From an uncultured Candidatus Saccharibacteria bacterium (GTDB taxonomy: Bacteria > Patescibacteriota > Minisyncoccia > Portnoybacterales > UBA2143): DNA of 64,000 nucleotides. The notes under the pieces are model-generated. The model was not told the DNA's origin. It saw only the letters and a program-made list of their open reading frames with translations, and made no database searches. Positions within the stretch are counted from its first letter, which is position 1. The number at the start of each line of letters is the position of its first letter. The stretch is from positions 44,306-108,305 of the forward strand of contig CAZQMX010000002.1 of NCBI GenBank assembly GCA_964594965.1. The letters are read 5' to 3'. A program made the translations under genes and the position numbers. Shown here one piece after another: positions 1-9,496 of the stretch.

Positions 1-976
1 CTGTTCCGGCCGGCAGAAGCCCCTGTCGGTCAATCATTTTCAGTTCTTTGTTAGCCAATTCCAGAATCTCGCCTAATCTAGCCTCGATTATTCTAACTAC
101 TTCAGCCCGGGAAACAATTCCCTTTTCTTCTGAACCCAACCTGGATAAATCAACCATATCTTTCTTACCAATATCAGAAGATAGGGCTGTTCCATATTCC
201 AGTTTAACTTTTTCTGCCAGGTCAATGCTGCTTCTCAGACCGATAGCAATATCATTGGTAATATGGGAAGAGCCAACCGGCAAAACGCAACTATGGACAA
301 ATTCTCCTTCTTCAAAAACAGTTAGACCAGCTGTTCCGCCGCCTAAATCCAAGGCCAGGACTCCGAGTTCTTTCTGTCTCTTGTTCAAAGATGATCGGCT
401 GGCAGCCAAAGGCGCCAAAACCAATTCTTCTATTTCCAGGCCAACTTCTGAAACACACTTGGTCAGATTCTTAATATACGGAGCAGCTCCTTCAATAATT
501 AAGGTATCGGCTTCCAATCTGACTCCGTTCATGCCAACCGGGTCTTTAATTCTGTCCTGGTTGTCAACAAGAAAACTTTTTGGAATGACATGGATAATTT
601 CCCTGTTTTGAGAAACTGAAACAGCAGAAGCAGCGTTAATCACCCTTTCAACATCTTCTTTTGAAACTTCTGTGTCAGCCCGGGAAACAGCCACAACTCC
701 TTTACTTGACCGGGAAACAATATGGTTACCGCTGATTCCGACTATGACCCGGTCAATTGAAAGACCGCTGTTTCGTTCTGCTTCCTGAACCGACTGGCTA
801 ATATTTTTAACCGTTTCTTCAATATCAACAACAACTCCCCGACGAAGACCATAGGAAGGAACTTGTCCAATACCAATAATCTGGGGTTTGGTCCCGTCCG
901 GTTTCATTTTGGCTATGACAGTCCGAATAAAACAGGTGCCAACATCCAGACCAACAATGATGTTTTCTTTAGCCAC
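1..976 (-). CDS. ftsA: cell division protein FtsA (actin-like ATPase); N-terminal part, gene continues beyond window start
   Basis: Reverse-strand translation from ~976 (GTG; VAKENIIVGLDVGT...) gives an FtsA-like N-terminus and actin-fold motifs (LDLGGGTAGLTVF, LPVGSSHITNDIAIGL). The ORF runs off the window. The listed + ORF 48..611 is its antisense shadow. Confidence 0.8.
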   Translation of the reverse strand, partial: MAKENIIVGLDVGTCFIRTVIAKMKPDGTKPQIIGIGQVPSYGLRRGVVVDIEETVKNISQSVQEAERNSGLSIDRVIVGISGNHIVSRSSKGVVAVSRADTEVSKEDVERVINAASAVSVSQNREIIHVIPKSFLVDNQDRIKDPVGMNGVRLEADTLIIEGAAPYIKNLTKCVSEVGLEIEELVLAPLAASRSSLNKRQKELGVLALDLGGGTAGLTVFEEGEFVHSCVLPVGSSHITNDIAIGLRSSIDLAEKVKLEYGTALSSDIGKKDMVDLSRLGSEEKGIVSRAEVVRIIEARLGEILELANKELKMIDRQGLLPAGT

Positions 977-979
977 AAT

Positions 980-1075
980 AAATAATTTTCAATTACCAAT
1001 TTTCAATTTTCAAACAATTTTCAATGATTTAATTTTCAATTAAATTGATTATTGATTGATTATTGGTTATTGAGA
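980..1075. repeat. AT-rich tract with repeated TTTTCAATT/AATTGAAAA motifs (ftsA-ybeY intergenic)
   Basis: aattttcaattaccaattttcaattttcaaacaattttcaatgatttaattttcaatt...; reverse-complement-related tract at 10385..10516. Confidence 0.5.
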
Positions 1076-1564
1076 GTTGATAATTTTCATCAAAATCTCC
1101 TTCTCCATCTCCTCCATCTCTTTTGCCTCTTTATCTTCTTTTTCGTGTTCGTATCCTAACAAATGAAGTATACCATGGATTAGCAAAACGGTCAGTTCTT
1201 TTTTTAAAGAATGACCAAGGCGCCTGGCCTGTTTTTTTGCCTGAGGGTAACAGATAACAATCTCGCCTAATCTTTTAATCCCATCGGGCGGCTGGATAAA
1301 TTCTGTTTTTTCTCCTTTTTTTAATCGGGGAAAAGATTTGGACAGATAGGGAATAATGGACTTGTTATCAAAAGATAAGACATCAGTTACCCGATTCTTG
1401 CCCCGATAGATTTTATTTAATTTTCTCATTCGGCCATCACCAACAATTGCCAGGCTAATTTCTGTTTTATCCTTCAAATTAATCTTTTTTGAAACAACCC
1501 CAAATATTTTCTGAAAAAACTTTTCATCTATCTCATTTTGAGTAAAATTATGGATTTCCAACAT
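1067..1564 (-). CDS. ybeY: endoribonuclease YbeY (rRNA maturation factor)
   Basis: C-terminal HGILHLLGYEHE zinc-binding histidine motif; ~160 aa; typical UPF0054/YbeY length. Confidence 0.85.
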   Translation of the reverse strand: MLEIHNFTQNEIDEKFFQKIFGVVSKKINLKDKTEISLAIVGDGRMRKLNKIYRGKNRVTDVLSFDNKSIIPYLSKSFPRLKKGEKTEFIQPPDGIKRLGEIVICYPQAKKQARRLGHSLKKELTVLLIHGILHLLGYEHEKEDKEAKEMEEMEKEILMKIINSQ

Positions 1565-2088
1565 TATTCCTTTTTCAATTCCTCCTGAACAATTTTGCTA
1601 ATAACGCCTCCTTCGGCTTTGCCTTTGAGTTCGGACATAACCGCTCCCATAACTTTGCCGGTTTCCTGTGGGCCGCTTGCCCCTAATTCTTCTATCTTTC
1701 CCTTTACTATTTTCCTAATTTCTTCTTCCGGCATTTGTTCCGGCATGTATTCCGTTAAAATGCCGAGTTCTTCTTTTTCCTGTTTGACTAAATCATCTCG
1801 ATTGCCTTTCTGATATTGTTCGATTGAATCCTTTCTTTTTTTAACTTCACTTGAAATTACTTCTAAAATTTCTTCGTCATTTAATTGGCTTAATTCTTCC
1901 AGTTTTTTCCCTCGACTTCGCTCGGGATCCCGACCTTGCGTCGGGACCTCTTTAGCTAATTTAGCCCTTTTGTCTTTTTCTTTGTTCTGAATCGCGGCCA
2001 TGAGCATTTTCAAAACAGAAACCTCAGTGTTTCTTTTAGTCGTCATTGCGCTTTTAATGTCTGTTTTAATCTTCTCTTTGAGAGACAT
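1564..2088 (-). CDS. yqeY: GatB/YqeY domain protein, with in-frame repeat insertion
   Basis: N-terminus MSLKEKIKTDIKSAMTTKRNTEVSVLKMLMAAIQNKE resembles the YqeY family. Stop/start overlaps ybeY. Contains the GC-rich element encoding VPTQGRDPERSRG. Confidence 0.7.
   Translation of the reverse strand: MSLKEKIKTDIKSAMTTKRNTEVSVLKMLMAAIQNKEKDKRAKLAKEVPTQGRDPERSRGKKLEELSQLNDEEILEVISSEVKKRKDSIEQYQKGNRDDLVKQEKEELGILTEYMPEQMPEEEIRKIVKGKIEELGASGPQETGKVMGAVMSELKGKAEGGVISKIVQEELKKE
1909..1948. repeat. GC-rich element family 1 (..CGACTTCGCTCGGGATCCCGACCTTGCGTCGGGAC..), in frame inside yqeY
   Basis: Core hairpin cccgac-cttgc-gtcggg around a GGATCC; encodes VPTQGRDPERSRG on the minus strand. Confidence 0.65.
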
Positions 2089-2162
2089 TCTTTTTTGGAA
2101 TTACGAATCAGGAATTAAGCATAAAATTCATAATTCATAATTCTTTATTCCTTATTCCATTA

Positions 2163-2417
2163 CTATCTTCTTTTCCATCTGGGTTCTTCTTCTAAAAGAC
2201 CCATTTTTCTTAATTTTTCTTTTTCTTTGGAGATCTTATTTCTTCTTAGAGCGCCCTCCCTTCTTTCACGTTTACTCTTTGTTTTTTCCAGAAATCTGGC
2301 TTTGCGGGCACGAATTAAAACACCGCTTTGCTGAATTCTTCGGGTAAAGCGCCTTAACAGACTGCGAGTTGTCTCGCCTTCTTTTTTCTTTACTTCTATG
2401 GTCATAAAAGAAATCAC
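2163..2417 (-). CDS. rpsU: 30S ribosomal protein S21
   Basis: TIEVKKKEGETTRSLLRRFTRRIQQSGVLIRARKARFLEKTKSKRERR is S21-like. The true start is probably the internal Met (MTIEV, ~2405). Confidence 0.85.
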   Translation of the reverse strand: MISFMTIEVKKKEGETTRSLLRRFTRRIQQSGVLIRARKARFLEKTKSKRERREGALRRNKISKEKEKLRKMGLLEEEPRWKRR

Positions 2418-2422
2418 CTCCT

Positions 2423-3163
2423 TTAAAAATTGATGTCATCTCTTGGTTTGGATTTTTTAATTATTTCCAATGCCTCTTCGGCTGAATCGACAATGCGATA
2501 AAAATCCATGTCCTTTTTATCAATAAATTTGTTTTTTCCGTAACTGATTTTCTCAATCCATTCAGTAACCGGTCCCCAGAATTCTTTGCCAACGCAGACA
2601 ATTGGAATATATTGGGGAATCTTTTCTGTCTGAATTAAAGTTAAAATCTCAAAAAACTCATCCAGAGTTCCGTAGCCGCCCGGGAAAAAAACATAGGCCT
2701 GAGCTGAATAAGAAAGCATGACTTTGCGGGTGAAGAAATAGTGGAAGCCCATGGCTTTTTTAATGAATTGATTCATTCGCTGGGCATATTTTAATTGGAT
2801 ATCCAATCCAACCGATTCTCCATCAGCATTATATGCCCCCTTATTAGCTCCTTCCATTATTCCCGGCCCACCGCCGGTAAAAACAGCGAATCCTTCTTTT
2901 GAAAGCATTCCAGCCAGCTTTTCGGCTTCCTTGTAACGGGGATCATCAGGAGAAACCCGGGCAGAACCAAAAAAAGTGACTGATTTGCCAAAATTACTTA
3001 GGAACTCAAATCCATCAACAAATTCGGCCATAATTCGAAATATTCTCCACTGGGCCGATTCCTTAAAATCATTTTTTTCCTTGATTTTTTCTTCCTTGGC
3101 TATCTGGGGTAATTTTGAAGCCGGAACCAATATTTTTTTTCTAATTTTTTCGTCTCCATTCAT
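2423..3163 (-). CDS. LOG family protein (cytokinin riboside 5'-monophosphate phosphoribohydrolase / TIGR00730-like)
   Basis: Motifs VFTGGGPGIMEGANKGA and PGGYGTLDEFFEILTLIQ are diagnostic of the LOG/lysine-decarboxylase-like family. Confidence 0.8.
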   Translation of the reverse strand: MNGDEKIRKKILVPASKLPQIAKEEKIKEKNDFKESAQWRIFRIMAEFVDGFEFLSNFGKSVTFFGSARVSPDDPRYKEAEKLAGMLSKEGFAVFTGGGPGIMEGANKGAYNADGESVGLDIQLKYAQRMNQFIKKAMGFHYFFTRKVMLSYSAQAYVFFPGGYGTLDEFFEILTLIQTEKIPQYIPIVCVGKEFWGPVTEWIEKISYGKNKFIDKKDMDFYRIVDSAEEALEIIKKSKPRDDINF

Positions 3164-3290
3164 ATTTGAATAATTTAATTATCTATCCTATCCTACTATT
3201 TTTTAAATTTTTTGTCAAAAGCGTCTTGTGAAAAGAAAAGCCCTTTTCTAAGGGACATTAAACCAACTATTAATTTATGAGGTAATAGGG

Positions 3291-3821
3291 TTAAATATAT
3301 TTATCGGCGATGTTGGAAGCGGCGTATGATTCAGGCTTGATTTTGGCATTAAAGCCATTACCTCTAACCATACCAACAACCTCTTTAATCATTTCACGAG
3401 TTGGTCCATTTTGACCAACATCAATATGAATCTGAAAATCGTAACTCGGTTGATTGGATTTAACAGCTGATTCTAGTTGTCCTAGAATGTCCTGAGCGGT
3501 TTTAAGAGAAAGAGTAACTTCCTGATAAATTCTATCTCTCAAGGTATGATATGTCTTTCCCCCATTGGTTTTTTTCCAAAAATATCTACCACCACGACCA
3601 ACCCGACAGACAATAATGGCCGTAACGAAATCGGCTTTTTCACAACCATTAGAATCAGTCCCGACGATTAGTCGATACTTGTTTTCTGAATCTTCTTTGA
3701 TGTAATCCGAAATTTCCCGGGCAACTCTAATCAGTTCCATTTTTCCTTTTGTCGGGCTTCGGAATATCTCTTTTTTGCTTTTCATTGTCCTTATTGTAAA
3801 ACTTTTGATAGATTTTGTCAA
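3291..3821 (-). CDS. hypothetical protein (possibly RNase H-like fold, DUF458/YkuK-like); true start likely internal Met (MELIRV, ~3740)
   Basis: ORF with good coding periodicity; IVGTDSN...IHIDVGQNGPTREMIKEVVGMV pattern weakly reminiscent of YkuK-type proteins; no firm motif. Confidence 0.35.
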   Translation of the reverse strand: MTKSIKSFTIRTMKSKKEIFRSPTKGKMELIRVAREISDYIKEDSENKYRLIVGTDSNGCEKADFVTAIIVCRVGRGGRYFWKKTNGGKTYHTLRDRIYQEVTLSLKTAQDILGQLESAVKSNQPSYDFQIHIDVGQNGPTREMIKEVVGMVRGNGFNAKIKPESYAASNIADKYI

Positions 3822-3921
3822 TTTCTTCTTTTTGCTTCTTGATATCTAAAAACTCCCGCCGAATGCGAGACTTTTCAAATCGAATATATTTACGAATGCT
3901 TTTGGGTAATTTTCTTTCCAT
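3727..3921 (-). CDS. small highly basic hypothetical protein (64 aa)
   Basis: ATG lies 2 nt after the stop of the upstream transporter gene (TAG-AC-ATG coupling). Lys/Arg-rich. Overlaps only ~14 nt with the probable real start of the downstream gene. Confidence 0.25.
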   Translation of the reverse strand: MERKLPKSIRKYIRFEKSRIRREFLDIKKQKEEIDKIYQKFYNKDNEKQKRDIPKPDKRKNGTD

Positions 3922-3923
3922 GT

Positions 3924-5063
3924 CTAAGTGGTAAAATAGTAAACCTCGTAAACCGCGCCAAGGATGAAGAAGAGGATTAGGGAATAAATTAAAAGACGGG
4001 GAAGATTAAGAGAATAGGCCGGTTTGATATCTCCTTTTTTCTTGGCTTGCAGATAAATCAGAATCATTAAAGTAATATCAATACCTAAAAATACTCCGCC
4101 GGCCAGGCTAATAATGGTAATGAAATTATTAAATCCGAGGAGGAAGAATATTAGGGGAACAAAGCAGGCCAATGCCCAGGAAAGATTCTTCTTTATCCCA
4201 ATATCATACCAGAGGATTTTTTTAAGAGTTAAGCCAATTGTTAAATACGAGGTAAAAACAGTTAAGAAGCCGAAGATAAGGGCCAGATTAACAATACCAT
4301 CGCCCAATATATTTTTCAGGCCGGTAATGGCATCATTGGTTGTATTCTGACCGGTAATGCCGGTGATAATGACAATGAAGAAAAGATAAGTCAGGGCTGA
4401 AATCAAAATTGACCAAAAGATTACTTTTTTTAAATCTTTAGGATTATCTTTGAGCATTTCTCTGATTTCCGGAATCAAAGAACTACCAAAAAGAGAAAAA
4501 AGAATTGCTCCGTAGGGAAGGAATAGATAGGTTGGATTAAAATTAAATAGGTTTGGTGTTTCAATTAAAGAAAAACCTCTTTGGAAAATAAAGAGCAGGA
4601 CAACAAAAAACAAAATTAAAAGAATTGATTCAACCCGGGCAATGCTTTTAATGCCGAAATAGATTAGGAGGGAACCGATTAAAAACAGAGCTAAAACATA
4701 GAAAAGAAGGCTTTGGCCAAAAAAAGGATTAAAAAGAGAAAAAAGAAATCCTCCGCCAACAACCAGATAAGCCAGGAGGGCGCCGCCCAATCCCAAACTA
4801 TTACTCAAGAAAGAAAGTCCCTTGGCCCATTTGCCCAAATATTTTTCAGCGTAACCGGGTAGACGATGAAGGCCTTTTGTCCTTAAAACAATTTCCCCAT
4901 AAACAAAATTTGTTAAAACGGCAATTGCTCCGATAATGATGAAATAGAGGAGCATTGTCCAGATACCGACTTTTGAAGTAATGTAGGGCAAACTAAAAAG
5001 TCCGACACCAATAATGGTCCCGGTTAAAGTTGCTAAAGCTTTGAAGAAATTTTTGTCTCTCAT
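3924..5063 (-). CDS. amino acid transporter family membrane protein (Trp/Tyr-permease-like), ~11 TM
   Basis: N-terminal GTIIGVGLFSLPY motif and multi-TM hydrophobic profile typical of amino-acid permease families. Confidence 0.5.
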   Translation of the reverse strand: MRDKNFFKALATLTGTIIGVGLFSLPYITSKVGIWTMLLYFIIIGAIAVLTNFVYGEIVLRTKGLHRLPGYAEKYLGKWAKGLSFLSNSLGLGGALLAYLVVGGGFLFSLFNPFFGQSLLFYVLALFLIGSLLIYFGIKSIARVESILLILFFVVLLFIFQRGFSLIETPNLFNFNPTYLFLPYGAILFSLFGSSLIPEIREMLKDNPKDLKKVIFWSILISALTYLFFIVIITGITGQNTTNDAITGLKNILGDGIVNLALIFGFLTVFTSYLTIGLTLKKILWYDIGIKKNLSWALACFVPLIFFLLGFNNFITIISLAGGVFLGIDITLMILIYLQAKKKGDIKPAYSLNLPRLLIYSLILFFILGAVYEVYYFTT

Positions 5064-5227
5064 AAGACCTCTTTCAAGATAATTTTTCGTTACGAAGATT
5101 AAAGATTTTGAGCGAAAATTGTGAAAAGGGAGGAGCTTATACTAGTGTATAGGCGACGAGGTTTGAACAATTTGCAGCCAAAATATTTAATCTGGAGTAG
5201 AAAGGATTGTTTTGGAAGGGGTCTAAT

Positions 5228-5455
5228 CTAGTAGGCAGGGAGATATCCTCGATTACCCAGCCAGCTTATTAAATAGACAGAAATTATTCCCCAGATAATA
5301 GAGAGGGCCAGGATAATCCCGCCCTGTTTTTTTAAATCCTCTTCTGTTAGAAAAGCAACAGCCAAAACTATCCCTGAAATAGGACTGATTAAAGTAATGG
5401 CAATTGCCAGCCAAAACCATTTCTTTTTTGAACTAAGAGTAATTTTTTCTTCCAT
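5228..5455 (-). CDS. small membrane protein (2 TM), hypothetical
   Basis: 75 aa, two hydrophobic helices; start overlaps the stop of the HIT gene. Confidence 0.3.
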   Translation of the reverse strand: MEEKITLSSKKKWFWLAIAITLISPISGIVLAVAFLTEEDLKKQGGIILALSIIWGIISVYLISWLGNRGYLPAY

Positions 5456-5793
5456 TAAAATTCCTTTATTAATCCTCCGCCTAATAAATGAAGGTGGAGA
5501 TGAAAAACTGTCTGACCGCCTCCTTTTTCAACGCAGAAAATTAAGCGATAGCCCTTTTTATCAATATTCTGCTTTCTAGCTAAATCTCTGGCTAAAAAAA
5601 TCATATCATTAATCAAGGGTTTATCTTCTTTTTCTAAATCATTGATTGACCTAATATGTTTTTTCGGGACAATTAAAAGATGAACTGGCGCTTTTGGATT
5701 AATATCCTTAAAGACGATTACCTGGTCGTTTTCAAAAACAATATCGGCTTTTTGCTTATGCTCAGCAATCTGGCAAAAAATACAATCCTTCAT
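5455..5793 (-). CDS. HIT family (histidine triad) nucleotide hydrolase
   Basis: C-terminal HLHLHLLGG histidine-triad motif; N-terminal CIFCQI zinc motif of Hint-like proteins. Confidence 0.85.
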   Translation of the reverse strand: MKDCIFCQIAEHKQKADIVFENDQVIVFKDINPKAPVHLLIVPKKHIRSINDLEKEDKPLINDMIFLARDLARKQNIDKKGYRLIFCVEKGGGQTVFHLHLHLLGGGLIKEF

Positions 5794-7127
5794 TACTTCT
5801 TAACTCTCTTTTTAATTTCTTTAACAACTTTTTCCAAAGGAACGGTTTCCTGGCTGCCGGAAGCCATATCCCGGATAATGATAGTTTCATCCAGGGCTTC
5901 TTTCTGCCCCAGAATCAGGGCAAAACGAGCATTCATCTTGTCGGCAATTTTCAACTGACTATTGATTGTATTTTTACTGAACGAACTTGATGTTTCTATG
6001 CCGGCCTGTCTTAGTTCTTCAAATAGTTTTAAGGATTTCTTCTTGCCTAATTCACCTAATTGAATCAGAAAAACCAGGGATGAATTCCTTAAAGGGACTT
6101 TAACATCCTTCTCCATCATCAGATTAACTATCCTGTCCAATCCCATAGCAAAACCAACTCCGGGCGTATCTTTGCCGCCGAGGAGTCTAACTAATCCGTC
6201 ATAGCGGCCGCCGCCGCCCAAAGCAGACTGCCTGCCCGCCGAATTGGCGGGTCGGCCATCCCCTTCTTCCGGCCAGATCTCAAAAACGGTTTTAGTGTAA
6301 TAATCCAGTCCCCGGACCAGATTAGAATTGAGGATATAGGGAACTTCAACTTCATCAAGATATTCAAGAACATTCTTAAAATGGTTATGACATTCTGGAC
6401 AAAGATTATCAATTGTCTGAGGAGCTTCTCCGGCTATCAAAACACATTTTTCATTCTTGCAATCCAACAATCTTAAAGGATTTTGTGAAAGTCGTTTCTG
6501 ACAATTAGAACAAATTTCTTTTTTTCTCCTCCGGTAGAAATTAACCAGTTTCTTTCGGTAGGCCGGTCGGCATTGGCGACAGCCAATGCTATTAATCTGG
6601 GTAATGACATTTTTAAGACCAACTCCTTTAATAACGGAGAAGAATAATTGGATTAATTGGGCATCCAGAACCGGATCTTTTTCACCAAAGATTTCAAAAT
6701 TAGCCTGTTCATGCTGTCGGTAACGGCCTTTTTGAGATCTTTCATAGCGAAAAACCGGTCCGGTGCTATAGAGTTTAATTGGGTGTGGCAAAGAAGAAAG
6801 ACCGTTTTGAAGATAGGCCCTGATAACGGCCGGGGTAAATTCCGGACGAAGGACTAATTTGTCTCCCCCTTTTGTTCTAAGGGTATACATTTCCTTTTGG
6901 ACAATATCAGTTGTCGCGCCAGTTCCCCTAATAAACAGATCAACATCTTCTATTATTGGAGTATCAATTTGTTCAAAGCCATAAGTCTTGGCTGTCTTAG
7001 AGATTACTTGCCTGGCTTTTTCCCAATAGGCCTGTTCTTGAGGCAGAATATCTCTTGTCCCCTTTGGCGCTTGAAAGGTTCTTTTTCTTTTCGGAGTTGT
7101 TGTTTTTTTCTTGCTTTTTGTTGGCAT
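5793..7127 (-). CDS. hisS: histidyl-tRNA synthetase
   Basis: GTRD motif near the N-terminus; class II motif 3 GGGRYDGL. Carries a GC-rich in-frame palindromic insertion (GRPANSAGRQSALGGGG) and a Cys-rich (4x CxxC) insertion. Confidence 0.9.
   Translation of the reverse strand: MPTKSKKKTTTPKRKRTFQAPKGTRDILPQEQAYWEKARQVISKTAKTYGFEQIDTPIIEDVDLFIRGTGATTDIVQKEMYTLRTKGGDKLVLRPEFTPAVIRAYLQNGLSSLPHPIKLYSTGPVFRYERSQKGRYRQHEQANFEIFGEKDPVLDAQLIQLFFSVIKGVGLKNVITQINSIGCRQCRPAYRKKLVNFYRRRKKEICSNCQKRLSQNPLRLLDCKNEKCVLIAGEAPQTIDNLCPECHNHFKNVLEYLDEVEVPYILNSNLVRGLDYYTKTVFEIWPEEGDGRPANSAGRQSALGGGGRYDGLVRLLGGKDTPGVGFAMGLDRIVNLMMEKDVKVPLRNSSLVFLIQLGELGKKKSLKLFEELRQAGIETSSSFSKNTINSQLKIADKMNARFALILGQKEALDETIIIRDMASGSQETVPLEKVVKEIKKRVKK
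6205..6258. repeat. GC-rich palindromic element family 2 (CCTGCCCGCC..GGCGGGTCGG), in frame inside hisS
   Basis: cctgcccgccgaattggcgggtcgg inverted repeat in an AT-rich gene; translates to GRPANSAGRQSALGG. Confidence 0.6.
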
Positions 7128-7129
7128 GA

Positions 7130-7648
7130 TTAAAAAACCTCTGCTTGATTAAAAGGCCAGGCTCTTATCCAGACCTGACCAACAATATTATCTTCTGGTA
7201 AAGCTCCCCATCGTCTTGAATCAGAACTAGCTTTCCGGTTATCGCCCAAAACAAAATATTCTTGATTGCCTAATTCTATCCTGGTCTCTCCTTGGGTGGT
7301 CATTTCTTCAGAAAGATAACCTGTTTCATCAAGTTGAAGATTATTAACAAAAACCCGACCACCTTTAATCTCTATTATCTCGCCGGGAAGACCGACAATT
7401 CTTTTAATATAATACTGGGAAGGGTCAAGGGGATATTTAAAAACAACAACATCCCCGCGCTGGGGATTATCAAAGCGATAGCCAATTTCATTAATAACCA
7501 GATATTGACCATTATCAAAATTGGGCTCCATTGAAGCCCCACGAACGAAAAACGGCTGAATTAAGTAATAGCGGACCGGGATAATGATAGCCAGGGAAAT
7601 AACGACTATTTTAACTATTTCCCAGATAAAAGTCAGTAATTTTTTCAT
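7130..7648 (-). CDS. lepB: signal peptidase I
   Basis: N-terminal TM, catalytic Ser region GASMEPNF, and the GDNRKASSDSRRWG box typical of SPase I. Confidence 0.85.
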   Translation of the reverse strand: MKKLLTFIWEIVKIVVISLAIIIPVRYYLIQPFFVRGASMEPNFDNGQYLVINEIGYRFDNPQRGDVVVFKYPLDPSQYYIKRIVGLPGEIIEIKGGRVFVNNLQLDETGYLSEEMTTQGETRIELGNQEYFVLGDNRKASSDSRRWGALPEDNIVGQVWIRAWPFNQAEVF

Positions 7649-7656
7649 TGCTTTTT

Positions 7657-7722
7657 TGTCATTCTGAGCGAAGCGAAGAATCTGTTTAACAGATCCTTCG
7701 GGCTTTGCCCTCAGGATGACAA
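7657..7722. repeat. intergenic palindromic element (TTGTCATTCTGAGCGAAGCGAAGAATCTG...CCTCAGGATGACAA) between lepB and the LCP gene
   Basis: Terminal inverted repeats gtcattctgag / ctcaggatgac with a nested inner inverted repeat; related copy at 28473..28533. Confidence 0.6.
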
Positions 7723-7784
7723 CTCTGTTGTCAATTCTAAACTATTTCTTGTTGAAAATCAACCACTCTGATATACTTTGAAGA

Positions 7785-8780
7785 ATGACAGGAAAAAAGA
7801 AAAAAAGAATTGTTTCCTGGGTTGTATTCTTTACATTTTTCTTGTTTCTTTTTTTTCTCTATCAGATAATGCCTTCTTCTTCTTTTGAAGTCCAGTCGGG
7901 TCAGGAATTATCAGAAGAGAGAAAAATTGTTTTCAAATCCCTTCCTATAATTTCAAAAGAGGGGGATCTCAAAAAAAACATTTTAATTCTTGGTCGGCCA
8001 GGTCCGGGCTATTCCGGCAGTAACCTAACCGATACCATTATTCTGGCCCGTATTGACCAAAGCGATTCATCCAAAAAAGCAACTTTGATTTCTTTACCAA
8101 GGGATTTACTTGTTAAAGTTCCTGAAAAAGGAAATCTGACTAAAATCAATTCTCTCTACACTCTTTCCGGCATAGAGGGCCTAAAAGAGAAAATTAAAGA
8201 AATTACTGGTCTTTCAGTTAATAATCATCTCATTATTGACCTGGTTGTTTTCAAGGAAATCATTGATTTAATTGATGGTCTTAATGTCTATGTTGCTCAG
8301 GATATCCATGACCCGTATTTTCCCGGGCCAAATCACACTTACCAGACATTTAACTTAGCCGCCGGCTGGCGCTATCTTGATGGAGAGAATGCCTTGAAAT
8401 ATGCCCGGACCCGCTATACTTCGCCTAACGGCGACTTTGACCGAATGGCTCGTCAGCAACAGATTATCCAGCTTCTAAAACAAAAAGTTCTGGCCCTTAA
8501 TCCCTTATGGGACTTTCCAACCTATTTGAAAATATTTAATTCCCTTAATGAACGAATTGAAACTGACCTCTCTATTTTAGAAATGCGTCTTTTTTATCAG
8601 ATTGCCAAAGAGATTGGGGCTGATAGAATAAGGAGTGTTGTTGTCGATAAAAAGGAAACCGGACTTTTGACCGGCGGCGGAGTCATGTTTGGAGAGCAAA
8701 TGGCCTCGGTTGTCTATCCTGTTATTGGACAAGGGAATTACCGGGAAATACAAGGATATATTAAGGAAAGTATTAAATGA
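7785..8780 (+). CDS. LytR-CpsA-Psr (LCP) family protein
   Basis: N-terminal TM; LILGRPGPGYSGSNLTDTIILARID...ISLPRDL is the LCP-domain signature. Confidence 0.8.
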   Translation: MTGKKKKRIVSWVVFFTFFLFLFFLYQIMPSSSFEVQSGQELSEERKIVFKSLPIISKEGDLKKNILILGRPGPGYSGSNLTDTIILARIDQSDSSKKATLISLPRDLLVKVPEKGNLTKINSLYTLSGIEGLKEKIKEITGLSVNNHLIIDLVVFKEIIDLIDGLNVYVAQDIHDPYFPGPNHTYQTFNLAAGWRYLDGENALKYARTRYTSPNGDFDRMARQQQIIQLLKQKVLALNPLWDFPTYLKIFNSLNERIETDLSILEMRLFYQIAKEIGADRIRSVVVDKKETGLLTGGGVMFGEQMASVVYPVIGQGNYREIQGYIKESIK

Positions 8781-9346
8781 TGAAATTAATTGTTGGCTTG
8801 GGCAATCCTGGAGAGAAATATGAAAAGACCCGTCATAATTTGGGTTGGCGGGTAATTGATTTTTTAGTTGAAGAAATGGGAATTAATCAATTAAAGGAAG
8901 ATAAAAAATTTAAATCCCTGATTGGTAAAAAGAATAATATCATTTTGTCCAAACCACTGACCTTTATGAATAACTCTGGTCAAAGCGTTAAGGCCGTTGC
9001 TGACTATTTTAAAATTCTTAATCAGGATATTTTAATTATCCATGATGATATTGATTTGGATTTAGGCGAGACAAGGATACAGGAAGGCAGAGGCGCTGCC
9101 GGACATAAGGGAGTTGAATCAATTATTGAACACTTAGGAACAAAAGATTTTAAGAGAATTAGAATTGGCGTTAAACCGGCAGAAGAGAATATTGATACCC
9201 CGAAAGGGAATAAATTCCCAACGGGGCAGGCAGAAAAGTTTGTTCTAGAAAACTTTACTAACCAGGAAGAAAAGATTATTGGAGAAATAATTAAAAAGGC
9301 CGCCCAAATAATTAGGACGACTTTTAAACTACCTAGTCTTCACTAG
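8777..9346 (+). CDS. pth: peptidyl-tRNA hydrolase
   Basis: MKLIVGLGNPGEKYEKTRHNLGW start is the canonical Pth N-terminus. Confidence 0.9.
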   Translation: MMKLIVGLGNPGEKYEKTRHNLGWRVIDFLVEEMGINQLKEDKKFKSLIGKKNNIILSKPLTFMNNSGQSVKAVADYFKILNQDILIIHDDIDLDLGETRIQEGRGAAGHKGVESIIEHLGTKDFKRIRIGVKPAEENIDTPKGNKFPTGQAEKFVLENFTNQEEKIIGEIIKKAAQIIRTTFKLPSLH

Positions 9347-9496
9347 CCTACCCAGGAGCGTTAGAAACAAGTTCGCAAAAGCGAGTCATCTCTAATCTTT
9401 CAGCCGCTTGAACTAGGAGGGATTGTTCAAGTAATGGCTACTCCGCGGGCAGGCTGGTAGAGACTAGTTTGCCTATAAGAGGTCATACTATAAAAA

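Noticed and set aside
48-611. 187-aa + strand ORF at the window start
   Set aside because: Lies antisense to a well-supported FtsA reading frame on the minus strand. Low-complexity S/P-rich translation typical of a shadow ORF.
1595-1813. 72-aa + ORF inside yqeY region
   Set aside because: Antisense to the YqeY-family gene; no start context.
2976-3173. 65-aa + ORF
   Set aside because: Antisense overlap with the LOG-family gene.
4114-4350. 78-aa + ORF
   Set aside because: Antisense to the transporter gene.
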